Assembly (NCBI GenBank): GCA_963799485.1
Contig: CAWCXJ010000013.1
Span: 288,001-352,000 of the forward strand
DNA: 64,000 nt
Source: an uncultured Trueperaceae bacterium
GTDB lineage: Bacteria > Deinococcota > Deinococci > Deinococcales > Trueperaceae
Direction: 5' to 3'
This document shows, in pieces, positions 42,638-54,134 of the stretch (positions are counted from its first letter, which is position 1; the number at the start of each line of letters is the position of its first letter). A program made the translations under genes and the position numbers. The notes under the pieces were generated by a model. It had not been told where the DNA came from and ran no database searches. It saw only the letters and a program-made list of their open reading frames with translations.

Positions 42638-43876
42638 GTGCTACTCAGACTAGACAAGATGGTTCACGGCGGCGTCGCGTTGGCCCGCCTTGCCGAAGGG
42701 CGGCTGGTTCTCGTTCGGGGTGGTCTTCCGGGTGAGCGGGTCAAAGCCGAAGTCCAGGAGCGCGCCGGGGTTTTGCAAGGTGTCGTCGCTGAGGTTATCG
42801 ACGCCAGCCCGCACCGCACCGCACCGAGCCCGCACCCCGGCCTCGACTACAGCTATATCGGTTACGGGCGTCAGCTCGAGCTTAAACGCAGCGTTGCCGC
42901 GGACGCGCTCTCGAGGGCACTCAAACGTGGTGTAAGTACCTCGCCGGTCATCGCCGCACCCGAACCGTGGAGCTACCGCAGCGCCGTCCAACCCGCCGTT
43001 TCACGCACCGCTGCTGAGACAGCGCTCGGCTACCGGCAACCACAAACAGATATGTTCGTTGCGCTTGAGCACGACCCGGTAGCCAATGCGGGGCTTAACC
43101 GGGTATGGCGGCACTTGCAAGAGAAGGGTTTACCCAAGGGCGTCCGTGAACTCGTCCTGCGCGGCAACGACGCGGGCGAGGTGCTGCTCTGCTTGATTGC
43201 AAGCGCGTCGGCGCGAAATTATCTGGACGCGGCCCACGCACTTCTAACAGACGGAGTAGTCGGCGTGAGTTACGCGCAGTACGACCCACGCGGGCGCTTT
43301 CGGCGCGGGTCGGAGCGGCTTGCCGGAACGCGGAGTGTAAAGCAGCGCTACGGCGACTTTGAGCTTACGGTCACGGCGACGAGTTTCGCGCAACCCAATC
43401 CGGCGGCGGCAAGCCGTCTCTACGCTGAACTGACGCGCTGGGCCGGGACAGGTAAGCGCGCCCTCGACCTCTACGCCGGAAGCGGTGTTATCGGGTTACA
43501 TCTTGCGAAAAATTTTGGACAGGTAACGGCTTTAGAGCTCGACCGCAGCAGCGTCGTCCGGGGCGAACGCGACGCGAAGCGTTTAGGGGTTGAAAACCTC
43601 TCGTTCGTTCACGCCGACGCCCGTAAACTTGCCAACTTGCCCGACGCCGAGCTGATCGCGGTAGACCCACCGCGCGCCGGACTCGCCAAGGCTGCGCGGG
43701 GGGCGATTACAGCGTCCGGGGCAGCAAGGCTGATTTACGTGTCGTGCGACGTAGCGACGTGGGCTAGAGACGTAGCCGAGTTTGAGACGGCAGGCTGGCG
43801 GCTAGAGCGGGCGCAACCCTTCGACTTTTACCCACAAACGCACCATATCGAGATGCTGTCGATGCTAGCCCGGTAA
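42638..43876 (+). CDS. RNA m5U methyltransferase (RlmD/TrmA family, TRAM domain)
   Basis: GGLPGE, SFAQPN, LDLYAGSG, DPPRAG, YVSCD and DFYPQTHHIE motifs; TAGACT-N7-GTG. Confidence 0.9.
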   Translation: MLLRLDKMVHGGVALARLAEGRLVLVRGGLPGERVKAEVQERAGVLQGVVAEVIDASPHRTAPSPHPGLDYSYIGYGRQLELKRSVAADALSRALKRGVSTSPVIAAPEPWSYRSAVQPAVSRTAAETALGYRQPQTDMFVALEHDPVANAGLNRVWRHLQEKGLPKGVRELVLRGNDAGEVLLCLIASASARNYLDAAHALLTDGVVGVSYAQYDPRGRFRRGSERLAGTRSVKQRYGDFELTVTATSFAQPNPAAASRLYAELTRWAGTGKRALDLYAGSGVIGLHLAKNFGQVTALELDRSSVVRGERDAKRLGVENLSFVHADARKLANLPDAELIAVDPPRAGLAKAARGAITASGAARLIYVSCDVATWARDVAEFETAGWRLERAQPFDFYPQTHHIEMLSMLAR

Positions 43877-43912
43877 GGAGCTCGAGCCGACTGTCTTTTT
43901 ATGGAGGCCACT

Positions 43913-44267
43913 ATGGGAAGCACCGTTCGCACCAACGACACCCTGCAGATTACGGCGAGCCAGGGTTTCCTGGAGAACTTGACCTTCAACACCATAAATT
44001 ATCTCTGCACGCGGCGCAGTTTGAGAACCGAACCTTCTCTTTTTGGGGCAAAGAAGAGATTAGCTTTCAACAGCCGCCCGTGAAGAACTTTCTGGCGAAA
44101 ACCGTGACGGCAAGCACCTCTACCGGGGTCTTATCACGGTGCTTGCCGTAAAACACGATTACGTGGCGAAGACGACCTCAGGTCGGTACCGAATCTGTAC
44201 GCTCTACACCTATGAGGAGATGAAAATAGCTGCCCGAATGTTGGGATTAAACTCTAAACGCGACTAG
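43913..44267 (+). pseudogene. Frameshifted small hypothetical gene
   Basis: GGAGG RBS and MGSTVRTNDTLQIT..QGF, then protein-like segments in other frames (QQPPVKNFL; DGKHLYRGLI...TTSGRY). Confidence 0.45.
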
Positions 44268-44346
44268 CCTAAACCAAACGACCAATTTATGGGCCGAAAT
44301 GGGTATCAGCCTCAACGTGCAGTACTTAGGGCGTAAACTCTTAGGT

Positions 44347-45126
44347 GTGTTAGCCAAACGCATCATCCCCTGCCTGGACGTTCACAACGGGCGCACCACT
44401 CGAGGTCAACAGTTCGGACGCGCCGAAGCGGGCGAGCTTAAAGATGTCGGCGACCCCGTAGCACTGGCCTTACAGTACGACGCGCAAGGCGCAGACGAAC
44501 TCGTCTTTTACGACATCACTGCAACCTCTGAGGGCCGGAGCGCCATGTTGGGTATCATTACGCAAACCGCCGAGATGTGCTTTATGCCGCTGACCGTCGG
44601 CGGCGGTGTGCGGACGCTCGCGGACTTTCGCACGCTCTTTTTAGCCGGAGCCGACAAGGTGTCGATCAATTCAGGCGCGGTTGCCAACCCGGAAGTGGTG
44701 CGTGAAGCTGCCGAGCACTACGGGTCGCAGGCGGTGGTGTTTTCTATCGACGCGAAAAAACGTATGGACGCTTTTGGTTGGGACGTGTACGTTGCGGGCG
44801 GGCGCAAGAATACGGGACTGGATTTACTCGAGTGGGCCGTGCAGGGTCAGGAACTCGGGGCCGGGGAAATTGTCTTAAACAGCATCGACGCCGACGGGAT
44901 GAAAACGGGCTATGACCTGGAGGCGACGAAAGCCGTCGCTCAGGCGGTAGACATTCCGGTCGTCGCGTCGGGTGGGGCCGGAAACGCAGCGCATATGCGC
45001 GACGTGCTCCTTTACGCCGAGGCAGACGCGGCGCTGGCAGCAGGTATCTTTCACAGCGGTCAAACGACGGTGGGTAAAGTCAAACAACTTCTGGCAGACG
45101 CAAGCGTTCACGTGAGGCTCGTCTAG
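44347..45126 (+). CDS. hisF: Imidazole glycerol phosphate synthase cyclase subunit
   Basis: [40 protein letters not shown] and ASGGAG motifs. Confidence 0.94.
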   Translation: MLAKRIIPCLDVHNGRTTRGQQFGRAEAGELKDVGDPVALALQYDAQGADELVFYDITATSEGRSAMLGIITQTAEMCFMPLTVGGGVRTLADFRTLFLAGADKVSINSGAVANPEVVREAAEHYGSQAVVFSIDAKKRMDAFGWDVYVAGGRKNTGLDLLEWAVQGQELGAGEIVLNSIDADGMKTGYDLEATKAVAQAVDIPVVASGGAGNAAHMRDVLLYAEADAALAAGIFHSGQTTVGKVKQLLADASVHVRLV

Positions 45127-46271
45127 TGGCGCACCGTAAACTCAAGCTAAAGCTCGAGACCCTCGCCGTTCACGCCGGCGCTGAACCCGACCCGGCAACC
45201 GGGGCCGTCACGCCGCCGATTCACCTCAGCACGACCTTTGAACGCAGTCCCGACGGCTCGTATCCGCGCGGGTATATCTACAGCCGCACCGACAACCCCA
45301 ACCGTTCAGCGTTGGAGGGCGCGCTCGCGGCGCTCGAGGGCGGCGAAGCTAGCGCCTGTTTCGCCTCGGGGTCGGCGGCGGCGGCGGCGATTTTCCGCAC
45401 ACTTCGTCCCGGCGACCATGTGTTGGCTCCCGACGACCTCTATCACGGCATCACTAAACTCCTCAAGCAGGTGTTTATCCCGTGGGGTTTGGCGGTTGAT
45501 TTTGTCGCTACCTCAAATGTTGACACCGTAAAAAAAGCGTGGCAGGAGAACACCAAACTGCTGTGGCTCGAGACGCCCTCGAACCCCCTCTTAAAAGTCA
45601 GCGATGTGGCAGCCCTGTCCGACTTTGCCCATAGCCGGGGCGCGCGCGTCGCCTGCGACGCGACCTGGACACCGCCGACGGTGCAGCGTTCGCTTGATTT
45701 GGGCGCAGACTTGGTGCTGCACTCGACGACGAAATATCTGGCCGGTCACTCAGACGTTCTGGGCGGCGCAGTCATCGCCAAAACCGCTACAGGCGCATTT
45801 GAACAGGTTCGGACAGTGCAAAACCTCGAGGGCGCGGTTCCGTCCCCGTTCGACTGCTGGCTCGTCCTCCGGAGCCTCCGCACGCTGCCGTACCGAATGC
45901 GGGCGCACACGGAAAATGCCGGTAAAGTCGCCGCGTTTTTAGCTGCTCAGCCGCAGGTTGAGCGGGTGTATTATCCGGGACTCGCGTCTCACCCAAACCA
46001 TGACGTGGCAGCGCGGCAGATGGAAAGTTTCGGCGGGATGCTCTCGTTTGAAGTTGTCGGCGGGGAAAAGGCGGCGACGCAGGTTGCCGCGAACGTTCAG
46101 CTCTTTACCCGTGGGACGAGTTTGGGCGGCGTCGAAAGCCTGCTTGAACACCGCGCCAGCATCGAAGGTCCGGAGAGTACGACGCCTAGAGGACTTTTAC
46201 GGGTGTCGGTGGGGCTCGAGCATCCGGACGATTTGATTGCGGATTTAGCGCAGGCACTGAAACATAGATAA
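45126..46271 (+). CDS. metB: Cystathionine gamma-synthase/lyase (PLP transsulfuration enzyme)
   Basis: YSRTDNP, ETPSNP, HSTTKYLAGHSD, SLGGVESL and RVSVGLE motifs. Confidence 0.85.
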   Translation: MAHRKLKLKLETLAVHAGAEPDPATGAVTPPIHLSTTFERSPDGSYPRGYIYSRTDNPNRSALEGALAALEGGEASACFASGSAAAAAIFRTLRPGDHVLAPDDLYHGITKLLKQVFIPWGLAVDFVATSNVDTVKKAWQENTKLLWLETPSNPLLKVSDVAALSDFAHSRGARVACDATWTPPTVQRSLDLGADLVLHSTTKYLAGHSDVLGGAVIAKTATGAFEQVRTVQNLEGAVPSPFDCWLVLRSLRTLPYRMRAHTENAGKVAAFLAAQPQVERVYYPGLASHPNHDVAARQMESFGGMLSFEVVGGEKAATQVAANVQLFTRGTSLGGVESLLEHRASIEGPESTTPRGLLRVSVGLEHPDDLIADLAQALKHR

Positions 46272-46433
46272 ACAAGGCGCTGTCTATGTTTCAAGGCGCT
46301 GGCAGAACTTCAAGCAGGGAAGGTGACCTTATCTTTATTGAGTTTGCGCCACACCCCTGCTGTTCGCCATTTTGCAAAGTGATAGCACACGCTCTGCCTA
46401 GGTCATCGGCTCTAGCCGAAGGGTCTAGCGACC

Positions 46434-46685
46434 CTAACCTGTGGGGGGAAAGTCACCCGGTAGGTCTCGCCAGGTACAGCCGTTTCGCAGTACATAACGC
46501 ACCGCGTTGACCAGCACCCTGAGCTTACAGCTCGTCTTCCGCCCCTGCGGTTGCGCTGGCATCAGCCGCAGCAAATAAGGCTCGAGTATGCTCCATTCTG
46601 CTTCTTTAGGGTCTGTTGTATACTGCTTTCGCTGTAACATTCACCCCTACTCTTCCATAAGTAGGGGGATTTCTCAAACACCCTC
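46434..46685 (-). mobile_element. IS5-family transposase N-terminal fragment with one terminal IR
   Basis: YTTD..EAEW...GR...VNAVRYVLRNGCTWRDLPGDFPP; GAGGGTGTTTGAGAA end at 46685-46671. Confidence 0.75.
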
Positions 46686-47055
46686 CGGGTCGTCCGTCTG
46701 CTTTTGCTGCGGGTACAAACGCCTTGATATACTGCCACTACTCATCGGTTGATTCGCTTGGATAAAATTGTGTTTTCATATACCCATCTTTACCAAACGC
46801 TTGGCAGATGGGTTCTTCTCAGACAGTTTCTAAGCAGAGCTGCAGCAACTCAGGTTGTAGACCTCAGCGACGCCACTGCTGAGGCCACCGTCTCGCCCCG
46901 AGGGGTTCAGCACTGCTTCAACCGTTGTGGCTATGTGAGTCTATAATCGTTGCAAGTGCTAAAAGAACATGTTTTAGACGGCGGTTAAAGACGTGGCGCG
47001 GTGTCGACCGGCGTAGCTGCACTAAAGCCGCAGGTTCAGCCGAATATCTGCCGGT

Positions 47056-48804
47056 TCAGCCCCTTTTCCGCTGCGCCGTCGCCTCGAAAAAGTCAGCGAG
47101 CGCAACTTTGGGTGTGCGGTCGCTAAACAGCAGACCGTTTTGCTCTTGAAAGGTATCGGCGAACTGGGTATAGCAAAAACCGGCCAGACCGGGGCTCGAG
47201 GCCGCTTCAATCAGTGCCCGGTATTTTTCCAGAAGCGCGTCGCTGCTCTCAACCTGATCGTAACCCCAACCTTCGCCGTCACGGGCGTAGCGCACCCCGC
47301 CGAACTCGGACAAGATGACGGGAACGTCGCCCAGCGCCACGCCGCCCAATACCAGGTCACGCCCTGCCGGACGGACGCTCAGGTCGGTTTCTTTGACGGT
47401 GCCGTAACGCGCACGCAACACTTCAGGGTCGCTGCTGTAGTCGTGAACGGTCAAGAGGTCGGACGCGACATGCTCCCAGCCGTCGTTGCCGACGACCGGG
47501 CGGGTGTCGTCGAACGCTTTGGCGAGGTGATAAAGCGCCGCGACGAGGTTGCGTTGAGGCGCTGAAAGCGGCAAGTCCGGCACGCCCCACGACTCGTTAA
47601 AGGCGACCCACGCCACCACACACGGATGGTTGTAATCGCGTTTTAAGGCCGCTAACCACTCCCTGGTCAGGCGTTCGGCAGCGCCGGGCGTAAACGCGTA
47701 GGCGCTCGGCAGTTCCGTCCAGACGAGCAGGCCCAAACGGTCGGCCCAGTAGAGGTAACGCGGGTGCTCGAGCTTCTGGTGTTTGCGCACCCCGTTAAAG
47801 CCCATCGCCTTGGCGAGTTCTACATCTTTGCGGAGCGCGTCGTCGCTCGGGGCCGCCAATAAAGCGTCGTCCCAGTACCCCTGGTCGAGCGCCAGCCGTA
47901 AAAAATACGGGCGCTCGTTGAGAAAAAAGCTCCCGCCGCGTGTGCCGACCGAACGCAGCGCCGTGTAACTCGTGACCTCATCGAGTACCTCATCTTGGCG
48001 CTTGAGTTTTAGCGTCAGGTCTAAGAGCGTCGGTCTTTCGGGACTCCAGACGAAGCGGGCGCGGGCGTCGTCGATGCCGGGGTCGGGTAGATGCAGGGTG
48101 CGCTTGACGTGTCCAGCTGTTACGCCGAACGTATCCTGAACCAGTACTTCGTCCCCCAAACGCAATACGACCTCGAGGCTCAACCCGGCGTTTTCGCCTG
48201 CGACTTGCGCCTCGAGGATAATCCCAAAAGACGCCGCGTCGGGCGTCAGCCGCAGTTCGCTTAAGTGAACGTCGGGGACGGGCTCGAGCCAGACCGTTTG
48301 CCAGATGCCGGTCGTGCGCGGATACCAGATGCCGTGCGGCTCGCGCAGCCAGTCCTGTTTACCACGCGGTTTGCCGAGGTCGTGCGGATCGTCTTCGGCG
48401 CGCACCACAATTTCTCCCCCGATCCCTTCCCCGACCTCTTCGTCGCCGCCTGAAAGCACGTGCGTCACGTCGGCCCAAAAGGGCGTGTGGCCCCCTTCGT
48501 GTGTGGCGACGAGGTGACCGTTGACCCACACCTGCGCGCGGTAATCGACCGCGCCGAAATGCAGCCTCAGGCGCTGCCCCTGCCAGTCGGACGGTACCGT
48601 AAACGTGCGGCGGTACCAGACGCACGGGTGAAACCCCTCATCGTAGATACCCGAGAGTTTGGACTCGGGGGGAAACGGGACAGTGATCTCGTGCGTCCAG
48701 GCGACCGCTTGCGGGCGGTCACCTTCACTAAACGAAAACTGCCACGGCCCGTCCAGACTCTGCCACGCTCGCCGCTCCAACTGCGGGTTTGGGTGCTCAC
48801 TCAC
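47056..48804 (-). CDS. Glycoside hydrolase family 2
   Basis: FGAVDY, HEGGHTPF, GIWQTVWLE, GFNGVRKHQK, FNESWG and SEFGG motifs. Confidence 0.9.
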   Translation of the reverse strand: MSEHPNPQLERRAWQSLDGPWQFSFSEGDRPQAVAWTHEITVPFPPESKLSGIYDEGFHPCVWYRRTFTVPSDWQGQRLRLHFGAVDYRAQVWVNGHLVATHEGGHTPFWADVTHVLSGGDEEVGEGIGGEIVVRAEDDPHDLGKPRGKQDWLREPHGIWYPRTTGIWQTVWLEPVPDVHLSELRLTPDAASFGIILEAQVAGENAGLSLEVVLRLGDEVLVQDTFGVTAGHVKRTLHLPDPGIDDARARFVWSPERPTLLDLTLKLKRQDEVLDEVTSYTALRSVGTRGGSFFLNERPYFLRLALDQGYWDDALLAAPSDDALRKDVELAKAMGFNGVRKHQKLEHPRYLYWADRLGLLVWTELPSAYAFTPGAAERLTREWLAALKRDYNHPCVVAWVAFNESWGVPDLPLSAPQRNLVAALYHLAKAFDDTRPVVGNDGWEHVASDLLTVHDYSSDPEVLRARYGTVKETDLSVRPAGRDLVLGGVALGDVPVILSEFGGVRYARDGEGWGYDQVESSDALLEKYRALIEAASSPGLAGFCYTQFADTFQEQNGLLFSDRTPKVALADFFEATAQRKRG

Positions 48805-48944
48805 CGGGTTCCTTTCTCGTACCGTTAGACGTTTAGCGTCTTTTCCCGGTACGCCGTTACAGATCGCTTGAATCAACCTTCTTGCCGTAAAACGCTCTTT
48901 AGGTCAAGGCTTCTGGCGTCTCGAGCTTCCGACCAGCCTGAACC

Positions 48945-49985
48945 TCAGTCATCCCGGACGGGCGCGGTACTGGGGCGCACCACCAGCTCAGGCTGCAGCA
49001 AAAACTGCGCCGGCGTCCGCTCCGGCGTTTCGATAAAGTCTAAAATAGCCGCCGCGCTCTGCTGCCCCAACAGCTCGAAGTCTTGCCGCACGGTGCTTAA
49101 GGGCGGGTTGTAAAAACGCGCCTCGGGAACGTCGTCGAAACCGACCACTGAAACGTCTTCCGGAACGCGCACATCGGCCTCGCGCAAGGCCGCGAGCGCC
49201 CCGAGCGCCATCTGGTCGTTGCCGACGACGAGCGCCGTAAAAGGTTCGTTAGCCGCGAGGAGTTCCTGCGCCGCCCGGTAGCCCCCCGCAGCCGTCCAGT
49301 CGCCTTCGACGCTCCGGCCCGGTATAACGCCCGCACGTTCAAGCGTAATAAGCCACGCCCGGTGACGCTCGAGTGCCCCCGACCACGAGAGCGGCCCGGA
49401 GATTTCACAGATGTCACGGTGGCCCAAACCCAGCAGGTGCGCTGTCGCCAGCTCGCTCCCGTAAGCCTGGTCGAACAAGACCGAAGGCAACTTAGCCCCT
49501 CTAGGCGCGTCGATCATGACGAACGGCAGGTTGTTGCACAAACTTTGAATGTCTCTAAGTTGCACCTCTAGAAGCGGTGTGACGAGGATCAGCCCGGCGA
49601 CCCGGTGACGCTCGAGCTCACGCAGCGCGCTTTCAATCTCGCGCAGCTCGAGGCTGTCGATCGAGGCCAGGGCAAACCCGTAGCCCCGGTCTTTAAGCGC
49701 CCGCTCGAGCTCCCGAACCATCTGCGCCGGGCCGTAGTAGTGCGTCCCGAAGCTGATAATCCCGACTGTTGTTGAAGTGCCGGTAACGAGCTGACGCGCC
49801 GCCGTATTCGGGCGATAGCCGAGTTCAGCGATCACCGAGAGAACCCTGGCCCGGGTACGTTCGGCAACCTGCGGGCTCCCGTTGATAACCCTCGAGACCG
49901 TCTGATGCGACACCCCGCTGGCCTCAGCCACGTCGTTCAGGGTTACAGCTTTGGTTTTGGTCGCCCGGAGTGTTCGCGTCACCAA
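48945..49985 (-). CDS. LacI family transcriptional regulator
   Basis: TLNDVAEASGVSHQTVSRVIN, YRPNTAAR, NDQMALG and VSVVGFDD motifs. Confidence 0.94.
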   Translation of the reverse strand: MVTRTLRATKTKAVTLNDVAEASGVSHQTVSRVINGSPQVAERTRARVLSVIAELGYRPNTAARQLVTGTSTTVGIISFGTHYYGPAQMVRELERALKDRGYGFALASIDSLELREIESALRELERHRVAGLILVTPLLEVQLRDIQSLCNNLPFVMIDAPRGAKLPSVLFDQAYGSELATAHLLGLGHRDICEISGPLSWSGALERHRAWLITLERAGVIPGRSVEGDWTAAGGYRAAQELLAANEPFTALVVGNDQMALGALAALREADVRVPEDVSVVGFDDVPEARFYNPPLSTVRQDFELLGQQSAAAILDFIETPERTPAQFLLQPELVVRPSTAPVRDD

Positions 49986-50002
49986 CCCCCTCCTCCCTCA
50001 GC

Positions 50003-51202
50003 TTACGACACGCCTTTATTCTTGTTGTAGACGTCGAAAAACACCGCGAGTAGCAGCACGAGTCCTTTGATGACCTGCTGCCAGTCGATTCCCACACCTA
50101 GAATCGACATCCCGTTGTTCATCACGCCCATGACAAACGCGCCGATCACCGCGCCGATCACCGTCCCGACGCCGCCCGCTGCCGACGCCCCGCCGATAAA
50201 CGCCGCGGCGATCACGTCGAGCTCGAATGAGGTTCCAGCCCCCGGCGTCGCCGTGTTGAGGCGTGCGGCGAACACAAGCCCTGCCAGCGCCGCTAAAAAG
50301 CCCATGTTCATAAAGGTAAAGAACGTCAGACGCTGGGTTTTGACGCCGGAGAGTTTTGCCGCCTTGACGTTGCCGCCGAGCGCGTAAATCCGCCGTCCAA
50401 TCGTCGTCTGGGTCGTCACGAACGAATAGAGCAAAATCAGCACGAACATGATGATCAGCACGTTCGGCAGTCCCCGGTACGACGCCAGCAGGTAGCACAG
50501 ATACATCAGCGCCGCCACAACGAGCGCATTTTTCAGGACAAAGAAGGCGAGCGGTTCAGTGCTGAGGCCGTAACGCAGCTGTCCCCGGCGTTGCCGGACG
50601 CTCATCACCACCAGCGCGAGCGAGACGAGCGCGCCCAGGAGGAGCGAGGTAAAGTGCAGCTCTGCGCCTGCGAAAAAGTCGGGGATAAAGCCCGAGCTGA
50701 GTTTCTGGAAGGCTGCCGGAAACGGCCCGACGGACTGCCCTTGCAAAAGCGCCAGACTCAAGCCCCGAAAGACCAGCATCCCTGCTAATGTGACGATAAA
50801 CGAAGGAATTCCTAGAAACGCCACCCAGTAGCCCTGCGCCGCGCCGACAAGCGTCCCGACAATCAGGCAGATGATTATCGTCAACACCCAGTTGACCTGG
50901 TAATTGACCATCAGGGTGGCTGCAAGGCCCCCGACGAAGCCGACAATCGAGCCGACCGAGAGGTCGATATGCCCTGCGACGATGACTAAAAGCATCCCGA
51001 TGGCCATGATGACGATGTACGAGTTTTGGAGGAGCAAATTGGTGACGTTGAGCGGTTTGAGCAGTACGCCGCCTGTGCGTACCTGAAAAAACAGCATGAT
51101 CGCCAAGAGTGCGACCAGCATCCCGTACTGCCGCACGTTGCGGCGCAGGAGTTCACCGACGCCCTGGGTTGGGCTTTGTTTCGTGACCGTTACGCTGCTC
51201 AT
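50003..51202 (-). CDS. mmsB: Multiple monosaccharide ABC permease (GguB/MmsB)
   Basis: [32 protein letters not shown] and FELDVIAA motifs. Confidence 0.9.
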   Translation of the reverse strand: MSSVTVTKQSPTQGVGELLRRNVRQYGMLVALLAIMLFFQVRTGGVLLKPLNVTNLLLQNSYIVIMAIGMLLVIVAGHIDLSVGSIVGFVGGLAATLMVNYQVNWVLTIIICLIVGTLVGAAQGYWVAFLGIPSFIVTLAGMLVFRGLSLALLQGQSVGPFPAAFQKLSSGFIPDFFAGAELHFTSLLLGALVSLALVVMSVRQRRGQLRYGLSTEPLAFFVLKNALVVAALMYLCYLLASYRGLPNVLIIMFVLILLYSFVTTQTTIGRRIYALGGNVKAAKLSGVKTQRLTFFTFMNMGFLAALAGLVFAARLNTATPGAGTSFELDVIAAAFIGGASAAGGVGTVIGAVIGAFVMGVMNNGMSILGVGIDWQQVIKGLVLLLAVFFDVYNKNKGVS

Positions 51203-52737
51203 GCTGCACCGACCTCCTCGAGCCTCACAATTTCACGCATAATGCCCTCCTGGGACGCGTCCTTGCGGAGCATCTCGCCGACGAGCTGCCCTTCGTTCAT
51301 CACGTAAATACGGTCGCTCATCCCCAGAATTTCCGGGAGTTCCGATGAAATCAAAATGACGCCCTTCCCTTCGGCGGCGAGCTGACTAATGATGGTGTAG
51401 ATTTCAAACTTCGCGCCGACGTCGACGCCGCGCGTCGGTTCGTCCAGAATGAGTACGGCGGGGTCGGCAAAAAGCCACTTGCTTAAAACGACCTTTTGCT
51501 GATTGCCGCCCGAGAGGTTGAGGGTTTCTTGCGAGACGCTCGAGCAGCGGATATTGAGCCGTTTACGGTAGCGCTCGGCGACGGCGAATTCTTCGGGTTC
51601 GTCGATCACCAAGCCGTGTGTGACAGTCCCTAAATTAGCCAGCGTAATGTTGTGCTTGATGTCCTGCCCCAGCACCAGACCGTACCCTTTACGGTCTTCG
51701 GTGACGTAGGCGAGACCGCTCCGAATTGCCCGACCCACCGTGCTCACGTCGATTTCTTGACCGTGCAAGAATACCCGACCGCTGATGCGCTGCCCATACG
51801 AGCGACCAAAAAGGCTCATCGCCAGCTCGGTACGCCCGGAACCCATCAACCCGGCGATGCCGACGATCTCCCCGGCCCGAACGTGCAGGTTGACGTTGTG
51901 AATTATCTGACGCTCGCTCTGCAGCGGGTGAAAGACGTTCCAGTTTTTGACCTCGAAAATCGTCTCACCGATGTGCGCGTCGCGTTCGGGGTAGCGGCTC
52001 GTGAGTTCGCGGCCCACCATGCCCCGGATAATCTGCGCCTCACTGACCGCGCCTGCGTGCGTATCGAGCGTTTCGATGGTCTGCCCGTCGCGTAAAATCG
52101 TCACCGAATCGGCAACTTTGGAGATTTCGTTGAGCTTGTGCGAGATTAAAATTGAAGTGATGCCCTGAGACTTGAACTCGAGCAAAAGCTCGAGCAGTGC
52201 CTGAGAATCGCTTTCGCTCAGGCTGGCAGTCGGCTCGTCTAGAATTAAGAGCTTCACCTCTTTGGCGAGCGCCTTGGCGATTTCGACGAGTTGCTGTTTA
52301 CCGACGCCGATGTCGGCGATGAGCGTGTCCGGCGCTTCGTGGAGCCCGACCTTGGCGAGCAGTTCCCGCGTTTTGAGCGTCGCTTCTGACCAGTTGATGA
52401 CGCCGAACTTGGCGCGCTCATTGCCCAAAAAAATATTTTCGGAGATCGACAACAGCGGAATCAGCGCCAGCTCCTGGTGGATGATGATAATCCCGAGCTT
52501 TTCGCTGTCGCCGGTACCGCGAAAGCGGCACGGCTTACCCTGATAGACGATTTCACCCTCATAGCTGCCGTGGGGGTAGACACCCGAAAGCACCTTCATC
52601 AGGGTCGATTTGCCCGCCCCGTTCTCGCCGACGAGCGCGTGGATTTCGCCCTCCCGGACGCTGAAGCTCACGTCGCTCAGCGCCTTGACGCCCGGAAACG
52701 TCTTGGTGATGTTCCGCATTTCTAAAATAGCTGCCAT
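51199..52737 (-). CDS. mmsA: Multiple monosaccharide ABC ATPase (GguA/MmsA)
   Basis: [14 protein letters not shown] (twice) and LSGGNQQK motifs. Confidence 0.92.
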   Translation of the reverse strand: MAAILEMRNITKTFPGVKALSDVSFSVREGEIHALVGENGAGKSTLMKVLSGVYPHGSYEGEIVYQGKPCRFRGTGDSEKLGIIIIHQELALIPLLSISENIFLGNERAKFGVINWSEATLKTRELLAKVGLHEAPDTLIADIGVGKQQLVEIAKALAKEVKLLILDEPTASLSESDSQALLELLLEFKSQGITSILISHKLNEISKVADSVTILRDGQTIETLDTHAGAVSEAQIIRGMVGRELTSRYPERDAHIGETIFEVKNWNVFHPLQSERQIIHNVNLHVRAGEIVGIAGLMGSGRTELAMSLFGRSYGQRISGRVFLHGQEIDVSTVGRAIRSGLAYVTEDRKGYGLVLGQDIKHNITLANLGTVTHGLVIDEPEEFAVAERYRKRLNIRCSSVSQETLNLSGGNQQKVVLSKWLFADPAVLILDEPTRGVDVGAKFEIYTIISQLAAEGKGVILISSELPEILGMSDRIYVMNEGQLVGEMLRKDASQEGIMREIVRLEEVGAA

Positions 52738-52813
52738 TTGCTCTCGCTTCTCAAAAAAGCGTATGCACACGAGCTGCGTACATACGCTTGCAAAGGGATA
52801 CGCGTAAAACGGG

Positions 52814-53884
52814 TTACTGAAGCTCGGCCTCGGTGTAGTAGCCGCTGTCGATCAAGACTTCCTGATAGTTGTCCTTGTCGACCAAAACCGGCGAAAGCAG
52901 GTACGAAGGGACGACCTTGACGCCGTTGTCATAGGTTTCGGTGTCGTTGACGGGCACTTCCCCGCCGGACAAAAGGGCGTCTACCATCTCGACGGTAATC
53001 CCGGCGAGTTCACGGGTGTCTTTGAAAATCGTCGAGGTCTGCTCTCCGGCGACGATCGACTTGACCGAAGGAATTTCGGCGTCTTGCCCGGTAATGACCG
53101 GCATCGGCAGGTTGCCGCTCCCGTAGCCGACACCTTTTAACGACGAGATGATGCCGATGCTAAGCCCGTCGTAGGGCGAAAGCACCGCGTCGACCTGCGC
53201 GTCCGAGTAGTATGCGCTCAGGAGGTTATCCATCCGCGCCTGCGCCGCCGAACCGCTCCAGCGCAGCGTCGAGACCTTGTCCATACCGGTCTGACCGCTC
53301 TGAACGACCAGCTTGCCCGAGTCGATATAAGGCTGCAACACCGACATCGCGCCGTCGTAAAAAAAGTAGGCGTTGTTGTCGTCGGGTGAGCCGCCGAAGA
53401 GTTCGATGTCGTAGGGGCCCTCGGTGTTGTCCAAGTCGAGCGCGTCACGGATGTACGAGCCTTGCAACACGCCGACCTGAAAGTTGTCGAAAGTGGCGTA
53501 GTAATCGACGTTTTCAGAATCGCGGATGAGGCGGTCGTAGGCGATCACCGGGATACCCTGATCGGCGGCCTGAAAGAGCACGTCGGAGAGCGTGGTACCG
53601 TCGATGGCGGCGATGACCAGCGCGTCGACCCCTTTGACGACCATGTTTTCAATCTGAGCAAGCTGATTGGGGATATTGTCGTCGGCGTACTGCAAGTCGG
53701 TGTCGTAGCCTGCGGCCTCAAACTGCGCGACCATGTTGTTGCCGTCGGCAATCCAGCGGGCTGAAGATTTCGTCGGCATCGAGATACCGACGGTTCCTTT
53801 GTCCTGCGCGAACGCAAGGCCGGGAAGGGTCAAAAGACCTAAAACCGTACCCGTAAGGGCTAACCGTAGTGCTTTCATATTCAT
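52814..53884 (-). CDS. chvE: Multiple sugar-binding protein ChvE
   Basis: [35 protein letters not shown] and SPYDG motifs. Confidence 0.92.
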   Translation of the reverse strand: MNMKALRLALTGTVLGLLTLPGLAFAQDKGTVGISMPTKSSARWIADGNNMVAQFEAAGYDTDLQYADDNIPNQLAQIENMVVKGVDALVIAAIDGTTLSDVLFQAADQGIPVIAYDRLIRDSENVDYYATFDNFQVGVLQGSYIRDALDLDNTEGPYDIELFGGSPDDNNAYFFYDGAMSVLQPYIDSGKLVVQSGQTGMDKVSTLRWSGSAAQARMDNLLSAYYSDAQVDAVLSPYDGLSIGIISSLKGVGYGSGNLPMPVITGQDAEIPSVKSIVAGEQTSTIFKDTRELAGITVEMVDALLSGGEVPVNDTETYDNGVKVVPSYLLSPVLVDKDNYQEVLIDSGYYTEAELQ

Positions 53885-53905
53885 CTCCTAAAGTTTTGTT
53901 ACTTC

Positions 53906-53940
53906 TTGTTAACGTTAACAAAGACTCGCGGTTTTGTCAA
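53906..53940 (-). promoter_or_regulatory. chvE promoter TTGACA-N17-TAACGT overlapped by the perfect palindrome TTGTTAACGTTAACAA (LacI-type operator)
   Basis: -35 at 53940-35, -10 at 53917-12; 16 bp palindrome at 53906-21 with a central CG. Confidence 0.75.
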
Positions 53941-54071
53941 GCCTCGGCGGGGTGAAGCCTGTTTTCGCTTAGGGTCTTTGCGCCAAGTTACCGCGGCGAA
54001 GCAGGCAGTAGGAAGTCGGGGGCAAGAAAGAAGCGTGAGGCTTGTGTACAGCTAAAAGTCAAAGCTAAAAG

Positions 54072-54106
54072 TCAAGGAGAGCAGGTTCATCCTTAGCTCT
54101 CCTTGA
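54072..54106 (-). terminator. Intrinsic terminator downstream of GH127
   Basis: 11 bp stem TCAAGGAGAGC/GCTCTCCTTGA followed by CTTTT on the minus strand. Confidence 0.65.
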
Positions 54107-54134
54107 AACGCTCAAAACGAGGTGTACGGCCGTT

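Noticed and set aside
46272..46685. Complete IS5 element
   Set aside because: Only the N-terminal 68 codons and one IR were found; no DDE domain or second IR
46690..47050. Short ORFs or ncRNA between the IS5 remnant and GH2
   Set aside because: No motif, RBS or convincing structure recognised
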